A DNA stretch of 64,000 nucleotides, from NCBI GenBank assembly GCA_977862235.1, contig OZ374561.1, positions 1,922,001 through 1,986,000 on the forward strand, in the 5' to 3' direction. The translations under genes and the position numbers were made by a program. The notes beneath the pieces are model-generated. The model was not told the DNA's origin and did no database searches. It was given only the letters and a program-made list of their open reading frames with translations. Below are positions 24,900-35,996 of this stretch, piece after piece. Position 1 is the stretch's first letter. Every line of letters starts with the position of its first letter. This stretch comes from Dudresnaya verticillata. Lineage: Eukaryota.

Positions 24900-26285
24900 A
24901 TGGGCGCTCCTGGAACTTTCTCGGGAGGCCAACCAGGGGTCCCGCTGTACTCTCCAAAGCTACAGGCCGTATTGAAGCGTCTCGACAACCTGGTCGATTG
25001 GGAGCGTCGAATGCGTGGCGGGTCCGCCCCGGGCGCGATGCGGCAGCAGCGCACCTCCAATTCAGCGGCGCGCACGCTTCTATCGCGTCTTGGAAACCTG
25101 CAGCAAGGGCTGCAGACCGTGCACGTGACAGGTTCGAAGGGGAAGGGCACGGTCGCAACGCTGATCACGGCCGCGCTTCTGCGCGCACCGTTTGTCGTAT
25201 CCGTCATCGGCACGTATGGCAGCCCGCACGTGGAGCGCATCAACGAGCGCGTCCTGCTCAACGCGCGCCCGGTCCCGGACGATGACCTCGCGCAGGCGCT
25301 CTCCCGCGTGCTGGATGCGCGCGAGCGAGATCCCGTGTTAGAGGATGCCACCTGGTTTGACGTAATGTCTGTCTCTGGACTTGCTGCTTTTCAGCGCGCT
25401 CGCGCTCGGTGGGCTGTTGTTGAGGTGGGCATGGGGGGCCGGTTGGACTCGACCAACGTGCTAGATGCCCCTGTTTCGGTTGTTACGAATGTGCACTTGG
25501 AGCATGCCGAGATAATCGGTCCAACTCTGCTGGATATCGCATACGAAAAGGCAGGTATTATCGCGCCGGGTGCGCATGTCGTCGTGGGCATGCACCACAG
25601 CGACGACTTGGCAACAGTGTTTTCCGAAGAGGCTGCCGGGCATTACCCTCCAGCGCGAGTGCAATTCTGCCCACCGCAACCAGGAGGCACGATCTTTGAG
25701 CACAACCTGGCTTTGGCTCGCGCTGCAGTTACTGCCGTTGCATGCAGAGAAGGCGTGGAGAGCGCACGACCGGAGGAGTTGCTTCCTCGTGACCTAGCAA
25801 AGGAAGCGCTGTCCTCGCTGCCTGCCAGACAAGAACGCTTTATGGTGGCACTAAGTGATGAGCAAACTGATACTGCAACAGTACCTGTTCTACTAGACGG
25901 AGGACATGTGCCTGAAAGCGTTGCATCCGTATTGCACGAGCGAACAGGTGATCGCCCACCTGTAGTACTGCTCGGCGTAGGGAGAGAAAAGGATGTCTCT
26001 GGTATTTGCCGCGTTGTGCATGCATCCAGCCCCGAGCATGTGTTTGCTTCTGTCACAGGGCCGCAGTCTCCCTATCTACCTGCATCGGCGCTTGCGGAGG
26101 TCTTGAAGACCACTGGGAAGACACCAGTGTCTGCAGTTGAAGAAGCAGAAAAAGCACTTCAGAAGGCACTGTCCTTTGCAAACGCGCGGCAGACCGACTT
26201 GGTCATCATCGGTTCTTTACACTTTGCGGGAAGACTTCGTCCAAGCCTGCGCCGCCGCCAACAACAATCACATTCCAAGTTTTGA
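24900..26285 (+). CDS. folC: Folylpolyglutamate synthase / dihydrofolate synthase
   Basis: VHVTGSKGKGT P-loop, SPH...NERV, VEVGMGGRLDSTNV, EHAEIIGPTL..IAYEKAGII, LDGGH, GSLHF. Confidence 0.93.
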   Translation: MGAPGTFSGGQPGVPLYSPKLQAVLKRLDNLVDWERRMRGGSAPGAMRQQRTSNSAARTLLSRLGNLQQGLQTVHVTGSKGKGTVATLITAALLRAPFVVSVIGTYGSPHVERINERVLLNARPVPDDDLAQALSRVLDARERDPVLEDATWFDVMSVSGLAAFQRARARWAVVEVGMGGRLDSTNVLDAPVSVVTNVHLEHAEIIGPTLLDIAYEKAGIIAPGAHVVVGMHHSDDLATVFSEEAAGHYPPARVQFCPPQPGGTIFEHNLALARAAVTAVACREGVESARPEELLPRDLAKEALSSLPARQERFMVALSDEQTDTATVPVLLDGGHVPESVASVLHERTGDRPPVVLLGVGREKDVSGICRVVHASSPEHVFASVTGPQSPYLPASALAEVLKTTGKTPVSAVEEAEKALQKALSFANARQTDLVIIGSLHFAGRLRPSLRRRQQQSHSKF

Positions 26286-26397
26286 CAAGGATGTTCAACG
26301 CCACCTCCAGCAAGGTGTGTAGACTTGGACATCCGTTTACACTCCATACATAATAACTAATGACCTAACTCAAACGCATCCACACGGAAACAAAAAG

Positions 26398-26419
26398 CTC
26401 TCTCTCTCTCTCTCTCTCT
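26398..26419. repeat. (CT)11 microsatellite
   Basis: Direct reading, in the convergent 3' gap between folC and the sigma factor. Confidence 0.9.
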
Positions 26420-26530
26420 AACTGGGGTGAAACTGTTATTACAAGTATAATATGATGCTGTCCTCTACTGTATAGATGGACAGCATTGCCGTCCATGTTA
26501 TTCGGCAGAGTAGCCGTCTCGACTCGTCTG

Positions 26531-28093
26531 TTAGCGGGTTATCGCGTCAGTTAACATGCGCTCGATTTCAGGGGTCTTCATCTTCGGAAGGGCCCTGAAG
26601 ATAAGCTGGCGGATACGCTCTTTGGAGAGCCCAAGAAGCTCCCCAGTCTCTCGCAAGGTTCTCGCCTGGCCGTCATCGAGTCCAAATCGGAGGCGGATGA
26701 CTGCACGCTCAAGCGGCTTTAGGCATTGACGCAATGCCTTGTCCAGTTCCTTGCGCTGCATGTCCTCGACCATCCTCTCCTGCACATCGTCATCACCTTT
26801 GATAAGCTCACCAAGAGTGCGGGAGCCTACATCGCCGTCGGCACTGAGCGAGAGATCCAGTGAAGCCGGGACTCTGGTAACAACATTGACAACAAACCTG
26901 AGCTTTGCCGGTGTAATATCAAGAGCTTTTGCAACCTCGTCCTCTGACGGGTTGAAGATGCCGGCTTCGCGGAGTGCGATATACTCTTTCCGTATGCGGG
27001 AATATTCGTCGACAATGGTACTGGGAACCTTGATGCTCCTGCTCTGTGTGGTAATAGAGCGCATAACATATGCGCGGACCCACCATGTTGCGTACGTGGA
27101 AAACTTGTAGCCACGGGCGGCGTCAAACTTTTCTGCAGCACGGATGAGGCCGACGCTACCCTCCTGGACCATATCATCCAGGGCAATGCCAGCGGTACTA
27201 GGGCCCTTGGTTGCCGAGACCTTTCGGGCAACACTGGTGACGAGCCTCAAATTGGCGGCGACAAGGGCATTCTTGGCGGCGGTGCCGGCCATGCGGCGTT
27301 TCTGGACGTCTGCGACGGCAATGCCGCCGAGCTCCTTTGCGAGCTCGTGTACAGAGGGACGGCGGGAGAGGCGCGAGTGCATGGCGCGCTCAGTGTTCTC
27401 GACGACCAGGCCGGCCTTGATGTCGTTGGCGAGGGTGATGACCTGCGCCTGGTCGAGCAGGTCCTCGCGGCTAATCTCGTCCATGTATGCCTGAAAGGTG
27501 TCTTTCAAAGTGGAGGGGGAACGGCGCGACGCGGCGGCGGCGGCAGCAGCACGGCGCGGGCGGCCGCGCTTTGCGGGCTTGTTGCGCTTCCGCAGGGCCT
27601 TGTCCTGCTGGTGCTTGTCGAGGTGTTCCGCCAGGCTAGTTGGGTGCACGTGGCTGTCGGAGTCGGGGTCTGCGTGGGTTTGGCGGTGTCCGGGCTGCTC
27701 CCCTTGCTCGGGGCGGCGGTCCGAGTGGGCGGGGTGTTCTGCGCGCGCATCGGACGGCGGCGGCGGCAGGACGGGGTGGAGGTGGTGGTGCGAGGCGGCG
27801 AGGCGGCGCCCAAGCGCGGTGTGGCGGTGCGAGGCAGCGGCGGCGGCAGCGGCGGCCGCACCCGGAGCGGCAGGTTGCGACGGGGTGTCGGCGGCGCGGC
27901 GGCGCGGGCGCGACACGGCCGGCGCGGCGACCGGGGCGCGGCGGCGCGGCGGCGCAGACGGGCGCGCGCGGTGCGCGATGCGCACGCGCGACGCGGGCGG
28001 CGAGGGCGGCGGCGGCGGGCGGCGCGGCGCGGCGACGGCGGACCAGACGGGCGGGGAGAAGGCGGAGGCGGAGGCGGGGGCGGAGAGCGGCAT
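26531..28093 (-). CDS. Nucleus-encoded plastid RNA polymerase sigma-70 factor
   Basis: Regions 2-4: ANLRLVTSVARK, DMVQEGSVGLIRAAEKFD..RGYKFSTYATWW, RLRFGL..TLRETG..LSKERIRQL. Transit-peptide-like start MPLSAPASASAF (28093). Confidence 0.93.
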   Translation of the reverse strand: MPLSAPASASAFSPPVWSAVAAPRRPPPPPSPPASRVRIAHRARPSAPPRRRAPVAAPAVSRPRRRAADTPSQPAAPGAAAAAAAAASHRHTALGRRLAASHHHLHPVLPPPPSDARAEHPAHSDRRPEQGEQPGHRQTHADPDSDSHVHPTSLAEHLDKHQQDKALRKRNKPAKRGRPRRAAAAAAASRRSPSTLKDTFQAYMDEISREDLLDQAQVITLANDIKAGLVVENTERAMHSRLSRRPSVHELAKELGGIAVADVQKRRMAGTAAKNALVAANLRLVTSVARKVSATKGPSTAGIALDDMVQEGSVGLIRAAEKFDAARGYKFSTYATWWVRAYVMRSITTQSRSIKVPSTIVDEYSRIRKEYIALREAGIFNPSEDEVAKALDITPAKLRFVVNVVTRVPASLDLSLSADGDVGSRTLGELIKGDDDVQERMVEDMQRKELDKALRQCLKPLERAVIRLRFGLDDGQARTLRETGELLGLSKERIRQLIFRALPKMKTPEIERMLTDAITR

Positions 28094-29167
28094 GGTGGGG
28101 GTGCGTGCGGGGGGTGGGGGTGGGGTGCGGGACGGGGGGTGGGATGACTGCGGCACATATGTGGCGGGGGGGGGGGGCGGTGGATGGTGCGGGTGTGTAA
28201 TGGGGCGCGCCATTCGCGCCGCGGGCGGGCGGGTGGGTGATGTGTATCTCGCGGATCGGGCGGGCGGTGCGGTCCACACACGGCGCGAGCAATGCACGCG
28301 GCGGTTTGCACGCGCGGCGTTTGCAGCCGGTGGTTTTTGGGCGGCGGCCGAATCGGCGCGAAGCGCCGCGCAGTAAGCGCGCGGCTGACAGCGCCGCGCC
28401 CAGCGCCGCGCCATTACAGCGGCGCTTACAGCGGCGCGGAGAGCAACGCGCCGCATGCGCCGCCGCAGCCGCTGCTGCGTGGATGATGCCGGAGTTTGGG
28501 CGAGCCTCGCGCGCGGTGTGCGGACGCGGCCGCGCGCGCGCCCCGTTGCAGCAGCCGCCGCCGCAGCCGCCGCGGCGCAAAAGGCGCGCACAAGCAACGC
28601 GCGCGCGCATTGGCGTCTGACGCAAGCGCGCGCGCCAATGGGCGCGGCGCGCCGGTGAGCACGAAATGCAGTCTGCGCCGCGCGCCCCGCTCGGTCCACC
28701 GCGCGCCGCTGACAGGCACTGACGCAACGCGCCGCCACGCGCGCCCCGCCGCGCGCGCGCGCGCCGCAGCCGCCTATTTTGCCGCGCTCCGCCGGGCGCG
28801 CCCGCCGCCACGCCGCATCTCGCGCCCGCCCGCCGCCCGCCGCCGCCGCACCCCGTCCCCGCCCGCACCCGCGCACCCGCACACGCACGCACGCACGCGC
28901 GCACGCACGCACGCACGCCCCGCGCCGCCCGCCGCCCGCCGCCCGCCGCCCGCCGCCCGCCGCCCGTCGCGCCCGTCCGCCGCCGCCGGTCCCGCGCCGC
29001 CGCGCCATACATGCCGCGCGCGCGCGCGCGCGCCACCGTCTCCCGCTCCAGCCCTCCCGCCGCCGCCCCCGCCGCGCGCGCCCCGCACGCGCGACCCCGC
29101 CATCGCCGCCGCCGCCGCCGCCGCTGCCGCCGCCACCGCCGCCGCCGCCGCCGCCGCGCCCGCCAGC

Positions 29168-30377
29168 ATGCACTACCAGGATGACATGACCGGCTTCCTC
29201 ACCGAGCTCAAGGGCGGCGCGGCCGCCACCGCGCCCACCCACGCGCCGCACGCGGCGGCCCACGCGCCGCACGCGCCGCCGCCGCACGCGCCCGCGCCGG
29301 GCGCGCACGCGCACGCGCACGCGCCGCCGCCGCACCCGGCGTCGGCCGCGGCCGCGGCGGCCGCCGCAGCCGCCGCGGCCGCCGCGGCCGCCGCGCCGCC
29401 GCCCGCCGCGGCCGCCGCGGCCGCCGCAGCCGCCGCAGCCGCCGCCGCGCTGCGCCCGCGCCCGCCCGCGCTCGCGCCGTTCCCGGCCCCGCCGTTCCCG
29501 GCCTTCTCCGGCGCCCTGTCGTCGTCGGCCGGCGCCGCGGGCGGCCCCGTCGCGCGCACCTTCTCGGTCCTGCGCTCGGCTACGGGCGAGGCCTCGCTGG
29601 GCTCGTTTTCGAACAATGGCGTCGCCGCCCTGCACCCCATGCCGCCCAGCCTCTCGGCAGACCCCCCGCTCCACCCGCAGCCCGTCCCGCAGCGCTCGCC
29701 GCCGTCCCCCATCCCGCACCTGCACCACTCGGCCTTTGCAAACAATTCCAGCTACCATCCGTTTGCTACCCTCTCCCATCTCAACCACTCACCCAGCTCG
29801 GTCGCCCGACATACCCTCAACTACTCCCCGCAGCCCCCACACCCTGTCGCACCCTCCTCCGCCGCTGCCGCTGCCGCTGCCGCACCCGCCGCCGCCGCCC
29901 CCACACCCCCACCACCCTCCGCCCTCGCCCCGCACAACAATCCTGCCACTGCTGCCGCCGCCGCAGCAGCAGCAGCAGCAGCAGCAGCCCTGCATCATCC
30001 GCATCATCACCACCATCACGCCCCGCCACAGCACTCAGCGCAGCTCCCTAGCACCTCGCCTCCCACTGTCGCTTCCCAACGAAACCCGACCACTGCCGCC
30101 CAACAGTCGCACCTCCACTCTCAACAACAACAACAACAACATCAACAACATCACCCACAACAACAACAACAACAACCACGACAACAACAAAAACAACAAC
30201 CACAACAACATCAACAAAAGTCACAACAACGCCCACAAACCTCATTACAGCAACAGCAACAAGAAAAGCCACAGCAAAGACCCCAGTCTCAACGCCGTCA
30301 GTCGCATGCCTCGCAAGCTCGCAAAAAGCAGTCGAGCCACCAGCGACAGCAGCAACAGGAGCAGCAAAAGCAGCCCT

Positions 30378-30422
<45 letters not shown>

Positions 30423-31369
30423 GACGACAAGGTCAGGCTCACCCGCAACCTGAACAGCAACAGCAGCAGCCGCAACCGCCGCACTCGCAAGCCCCACACC
30501 ACGCTTCACAGCAGCACCCGTCTGCACTTCCCCACCACCAATATGCAGCCTATGTTGCCCCGCAACCGCAGGCAATCAGCACGGTGTACCAAGGCCACCC
30601 TTCGGATTCCGCAAACGCCTTGTTGCGCGCCGCTCCTGGTCATGCCGGGCAGGCACCTGCTCCTCCTCCGACCAGCGAAGCTACCCCGCAGCGTGAGCAC
30701 AAACGAAACAGCTCTCATACCCCCTCAAAACGCGCGCGACCTTCGTCGTCAGACCGCCCTTCGCAACTGTCGCCCACCACTCCGCGATCTGCCGTAGGCG
30801 CCGGTGGCACGTCTGCTGCTACTGGCCTGCCATACTGGGGCACACAGACGGGGACTTCGAACAAGAGTCGGAGTGGGACTACGAATGCCGATACCGGTAT
30901 GAATGGACACGCGAGCAGTGCGACAGGAGAGGAACAGAGCAGACCAGAGCGGAAGAGGGAGCGCGAGAAGCGCAGGCGAGAAACTATGAATACGAGATTT
31001 AACGAGCTAGCCTCGTGTCTCATCATTTCGGCAGGCGGGAAGAGCGACAAGGAGAGTATTTTGGCAGAAGCTGTTGATCATGTGAAGAAGCAGACTGCGC
31101 TAATTGCTGACTTGCAAAAGCAGAATAGGGAGTTGATGTCGGAGGCCAGAGACCTCCGACAGGAGAAGACAGAGTTGCGACATGACAAGAATTATGTTCG
31201 AGAGGAACGGGACAGGCTAAAGGCGGAAGTGGAGGCACTGAAGGCGGATGTTCGACGACGAAAGAAACAAAAGACGGAAAATGGGGTGAAAGACGAGGCT
31301 GCCGTGGTTGGGGGCTCAAAGCAAAGGGAGGAAGATGGAAAGGTAACCACGACTGCGGTAAAAGCATGA
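29168..31369 (+). CDS. bHLH-leucine-zipper transcription factor with poly-Ala/His/Gln N-terminal region
   Basis: REREKRRRETMNTRFNEL...DKESILAEAVDHVK followed by heptads LQKQNRELMSEARDLRQEKTELRHDK. ATG at 29168. Confidence 0.9.
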
Positions 31370-31734
31370 GTATGTATCTCGATTGGCTTGAATGGCCATG
31401 CAGCCCTTTCTTGCTAGCGTTCGATGAGTCCTTGCACGAATTTGAACAGCAAGGGATGATGGACAAGAACCTCCTGAGGCTTGCAGCCACAAAGAGTTAT
31501 ATACCTAATAATAATGACGCTCTGGCAAATGTGCTGCAAGTATAGCTCTGCAGGGAACTCGTCACTCTTTTGGATTGGTGCTGCGCGTGCTCAGTTTACG
31601 ACTACTAGTCGCTTTCCCGTACCTAATGAGTGGGTATATGGCGAATGTTTCCGATTCAAGTCGTACAGTATACAGTAAGATGGCGTCTGTGTAAAGAGTT
31701 GACGCCGTACAACATGACAAAATGGAGCGCAACG

Positions 31735-32960
31735 CTACTCAGAAGGAATGAGCAAAAAAGGTAGGCATAGACGCCCAAAATTATGCTTGGGAGCCACAGC
31801 CGACGATATGCCTTCGACCGGACAGCAAGCATCTACTTTAAGCTTTGGACGGCAGGCAGAGGCAGTCCGTTTCCAGAAGGCACACCAATTGCCAGTTGCA
31901 TGCGATCTGAGGACCACGACATCCCAGATTGGCTTCAGTCCGTAGGAAGATGTACACTTGTTGCGAAGATGTGTCTCAAAATCAATGAACAACATAACGC
32001 CACCTTTCGCAAGGGAGGATCTACACGTACCAAGGGGGACCAGTTCATTCCGAGCGTGCAATCGCAAGGAACCAGGAGACGCAACAAGATGCAATCGTTT
32101 TCCAACAGGGGCAACTGCCGCCGAGGCCCAACAAAACCCAAACCGATACCTTGCGCAAAACGTACAGTACGGTAACTGCCCCAGGTTATCGCATGTCGCT
32201 GTTTGGTGTTGGTGTTTCAAGATGGACGTAGATGCAAATATACTGCGAGGCCAAGAAGAATGTTACATACCTGTGGAAGGGCCAAGACAGACACAAGCTT
32301 CTCTCCTTGTGCAAGAAGATATGCAAGAAGTAGGAAGGGAGCATCCCGGCAACAGTAACATGTTACAGGACAGCAAGTTGCTACCATATACCCCGTCTCA
32401 ATTGCTGTCTGCCAATGATTTGATCCGACTTGTGCTCTCGAGGTACTGTTCGGTGTAAGATATCGTAGTAGTGCACGTGATACTTTGGGGAATGTCATCC
32501 ACCTCTTTTGTTACTGATATTGTTACCGATCGCACGTGCGAGCAGTTATCCAACTGTCGTTCAATGCCCCCAGCCGGTCCACCAAAGTTCAGCTTGGCGC
32601 ACGCCGTCGTGTAGATGAGCATGCTTCACGTGCCGGCGGATCAGCTGCCACCCTCCTGGTCGTAAGATACGACGCCCCAGATGAACTTTGCAGTGCCAGA
32701 CACGAAGAGGTCACTCGTACAGTAGAGATGCTTTTGCGTTCTTGCGCAGCGTTCGAGGGTGCCCGCTGTAAACTTACCATGAAAGGTACCAACAACAGGA
32801 ATTGTTGTTTTATCCATAGGCTTGTCAGGTCCTCCTCCGGATAGCGCAGCCTAGCGAGTCGTACAATTTTTGGAAGCGTACCATCTCCGCAGTACGCAAG
32901 GTAGCGCGTCTGAAGTACCGAGCTCTCCCAGTCGTAGCCTATGACGGGATGGAAGCTCAC
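31735..32960 (-). mobile_element. Possible highly decayed Ty3/Gypsy pol remnant (RNase H / integrase)
   Basis: Broken minus-strand fragments in pol order: HPVIGYDW (cf. HPIGYWS), CTFCARYR (CxxC of the integrase Zn finger), KRLHLVASPGSL..ELVPL (cf. LKLFPAxxPLE..DILGPL). No intact ORF or LTR seen. Confidence 0.3.
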
Positions 32961-35900
32961 CCAAGAGAAGCTTGCAATCGCTCAGAAATGGTTTTGCTGG
33001 TCGTTTGACTGCGCACCTTTGAAGTTTCTACCTGATAACCGGTATTCGTTTGAGTCAAACGGCTTGCCTCCAGAAATGATTTGTCAGGCCTCAGTCACTC
33101 GCAGACAGGCATTTTGGAGTTGCAACATGACATTGAAGTGAACGCATCGTACTCCATCGCAGCTGTGCTGACAAGATTTGCAGCCTCGATCTGGGCACTT
33201 TGCCTTGCCCCGCTACTCGCTCTCGCGATGTGCTATACTGTACCTCCTTAATAGGGCACAACTAGACAGACTATTGCACTGATAAACAGGCCCACTCGAA
33301 CCCCGCAAAGACAGACTGCTGGACCGGTTAAAGCTGAGTGGAGGCCCCTTAAAGCTACTCGGTAATCTTGAGTGGTACTGCTAGACACACAGCGCAAGGT
33401 AGCGCAACAGACCTTCAAAGACAATGCTGGGTGATTGGGTGTTCTTCTTACCGGGTCAGTCGGCACCGCTCTTGGACTTGTGAAGAATACCAGAGAAACG
33501 CAAAGCTGTCAGATCGATGTTGGAAACAAATCCGAGTTCTGACAACTCCTCACCGAGTTCATATCTACTTGTAGAGCGATTTTGTGCGGCTATCTTACAA
33601 GATGCTGATGTTTGCTATTTTGCCTTGCGGATGTTCACATGTTGGAAATGCCGCACATTTTGTCAAAGCTTGTCATATACTCTCATACAGTTATTTCGAC
33701 TGCTCACCAAACATCACAGTTTCCTTCATCCGTTCTTACAACTGCTTGTGTGATCTTCTACGGTGCGATAGCGGATTCTTTTGATTCTTCTGCTTAGTGG
33801 GCGGAGTTTGTTCACTAGCCGGTGTTTTTTATTACACTCTCCAGGACACAAGCAAAGGTCAGCGTGTGCTACACAGCGACACTGAACACAGTGATGGCTG
33901 TCAGGGGAGAACTGACTCAAAAGGAACAGGCTGAACGTCCGTTGTTGTTGTTTTTCTTTTTTCCCCTTCTTCCTATTTTGCTGCGGAGCGGAGTGTCTGC
34001 CGCCTTTTGTTTGCCGTTACGCAACAATTGCCACTCTGGAGCGAAGCAGTGAAGGCCGACAGTTATGTTCGGTGCGAGAGGAGCACCACTCGTTGTGGTA
34101 GCGAACGAGTTGCAAGTAGCCAGAAGGCAATCGGATATCCGAGCCGATGTCACACTCAGGAGTTGGCATTTTTAGTGTTGCGGCTTATTTGTTTGTTTGT
34201 TTGTGTCTTGCTTCGTCTATGCAACCCGTTGGCAAAGCGTCAAGAAAATGACGGCACGCCCGGGGAGTTAAACAGGTATCAAGTCACATGTGCAGTGTAG
34301 CTGTCCTTAGCAGAAGCCGGCACATTTTTTGTCATCGACAGGCACATACTGTACAATTGCATAGAAAATGCATGCAGATCTTTTGTGAAGCGGCCAGAGA
34401 GGTATGCAGCTTGAAAGTGTTTATGTTCCATGCCTGAACCGAGCTGCAGCCGTTCTGAGGGCCGCAGACTTGGGACACCTACCTTTGGGTAAATGCACGT
34501 GTACCGTCGGAGCCCCTGAAGAAGCGAGCTTCACGCAGGGCAAGCTCTTCTGTTGGTTCACTTGCCAACATGTACGAGTATTTCTTTCCGAGCAGGTTCC
34601 GGCCGCAGTTTGGCCACACCTCCTTCTCCCTCTTTCTCGCTTGAAGGCATTTTAATTATATGATAGAAGACTTACCATGTTGTCCAATCACGGAGAACGG
34701 TGCGTAATCTTCACGAGCAGCTATATCTAACCTGAGAAAATAACAAGGTAGGCTTGCGTAACGGAAAAGAAGCAGAACGTTGCCAGTGCGACGAAAAAGT
34801 TGTGCTTCCAGGTTCAACAAGATTTACTTTTGCTCCCGAGACTCTTCCTATAGTCCTGCAATGTTGGCGCAGTGTAGAACACACTCAACCGTGAAATCGG
34901 TTTACGCAAACTTGCTGCAAACTTGCTGCTATTCCGAAACTAACTGAAAGTTCTGGCCCTGTCCACTTCTGCAAGAGCCCTCAGAAATTCTCAGAGGGAA
35001 GTGTCAACTTGTTTCGTAGTGTTTGCAAAATCAGGTGGCAGTAGCAAATTGCCACAATTGCTTCGTCCTCTCTTCATTGCTCTTTGTTTAGCAATGAAGA
35101 GAGGGCATAGAACAGCAATTCATGACGGTAAAGTTGTACAGGATTTTCGAGCATTTGAGGTTGCATGCCACTTTACAACAGGACGTAAGCTGACTTTTTC
35201 TAGGACATGTACATTCAGCTCAATGCTCTCTAAGCCATGCGCTACACGCTCATGGCCTTCATGTATGCTGGAGAGCAAACTACTACAGCCCTTTTTTTTT
35301 ACAGCTATTTGCACTTATGCTTTTCCCTTCAGAGTTGCTTCTCATCGACTGGGGGCATACACAAGTGATATCAAGACGAGTGGAAGTCATTGCTGTTGTG
35401 ATTCCGTTGGACTCCACTAAGGCAATGCTACACGATCGCGACCCTTTTGAATCATCTTCTAAAGGCTTTGAGCTTTGAACAGTTGAGCTTCTTTAAAACA
35501 TGAGTGGAGTAAAGTGAAGCCAACTTGGCATGGACCCTACGTCAGGGTGAGGCGGACTCATAGCAAAAGGAAGACCTTTGAGCCACTAAGATATGCTCGT
35601 CGCGCAGACCACTTTGATTGAAACTACAGCATTTTGCCACGTGTCAGACGCGAACACGGGTGACAGTTTCCACTTGATTTTGCGCTTGTTTTTCGCCGCC
35701 ACGGCAAGAGTGGCATTGAGCTGAGACAGGAGCTGAGCTTTATTGCCCCGTCGTGTTGCTCTGAACAGAGACGAAGTCATCAAGCACCGATTTCGCTAAG
35801 CCCGAACTGCATCTACACGAAACATCCCAGGAAACCCAACTCCACCAGTAATGACTCGAGCCAGTCGCCTTTTCTCCGCCTGCTCCTTCTCGGGCCTTTT

Positions 35901-35996
35901 CTGCAAGAGTCCAGCCCTCTACCGCTCGCGACGACTACGGTGACCAGCGCCCACCCCCGGCCCGTTTTCAATCTTTCAACATCCGTTGCACATTCC

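Noticed and set aside
24900..28093. Bacterial-type folC and sigma-70 as recent HGT or contamination
   Set aside because: Both are expected nucleus-encoded genes in algae, embedded among intron-containing eukaryotic genes; the sigma factor has a transit peptide.
28094..29788. N-terminal extension making the sigma factor 1085 aa and overlapping the bHLH antisense
   Set aside because: GC-rich open frame. A transit-peptide-like start at 28093 and the bHLH ATG at 29168 explain the region without overlap.
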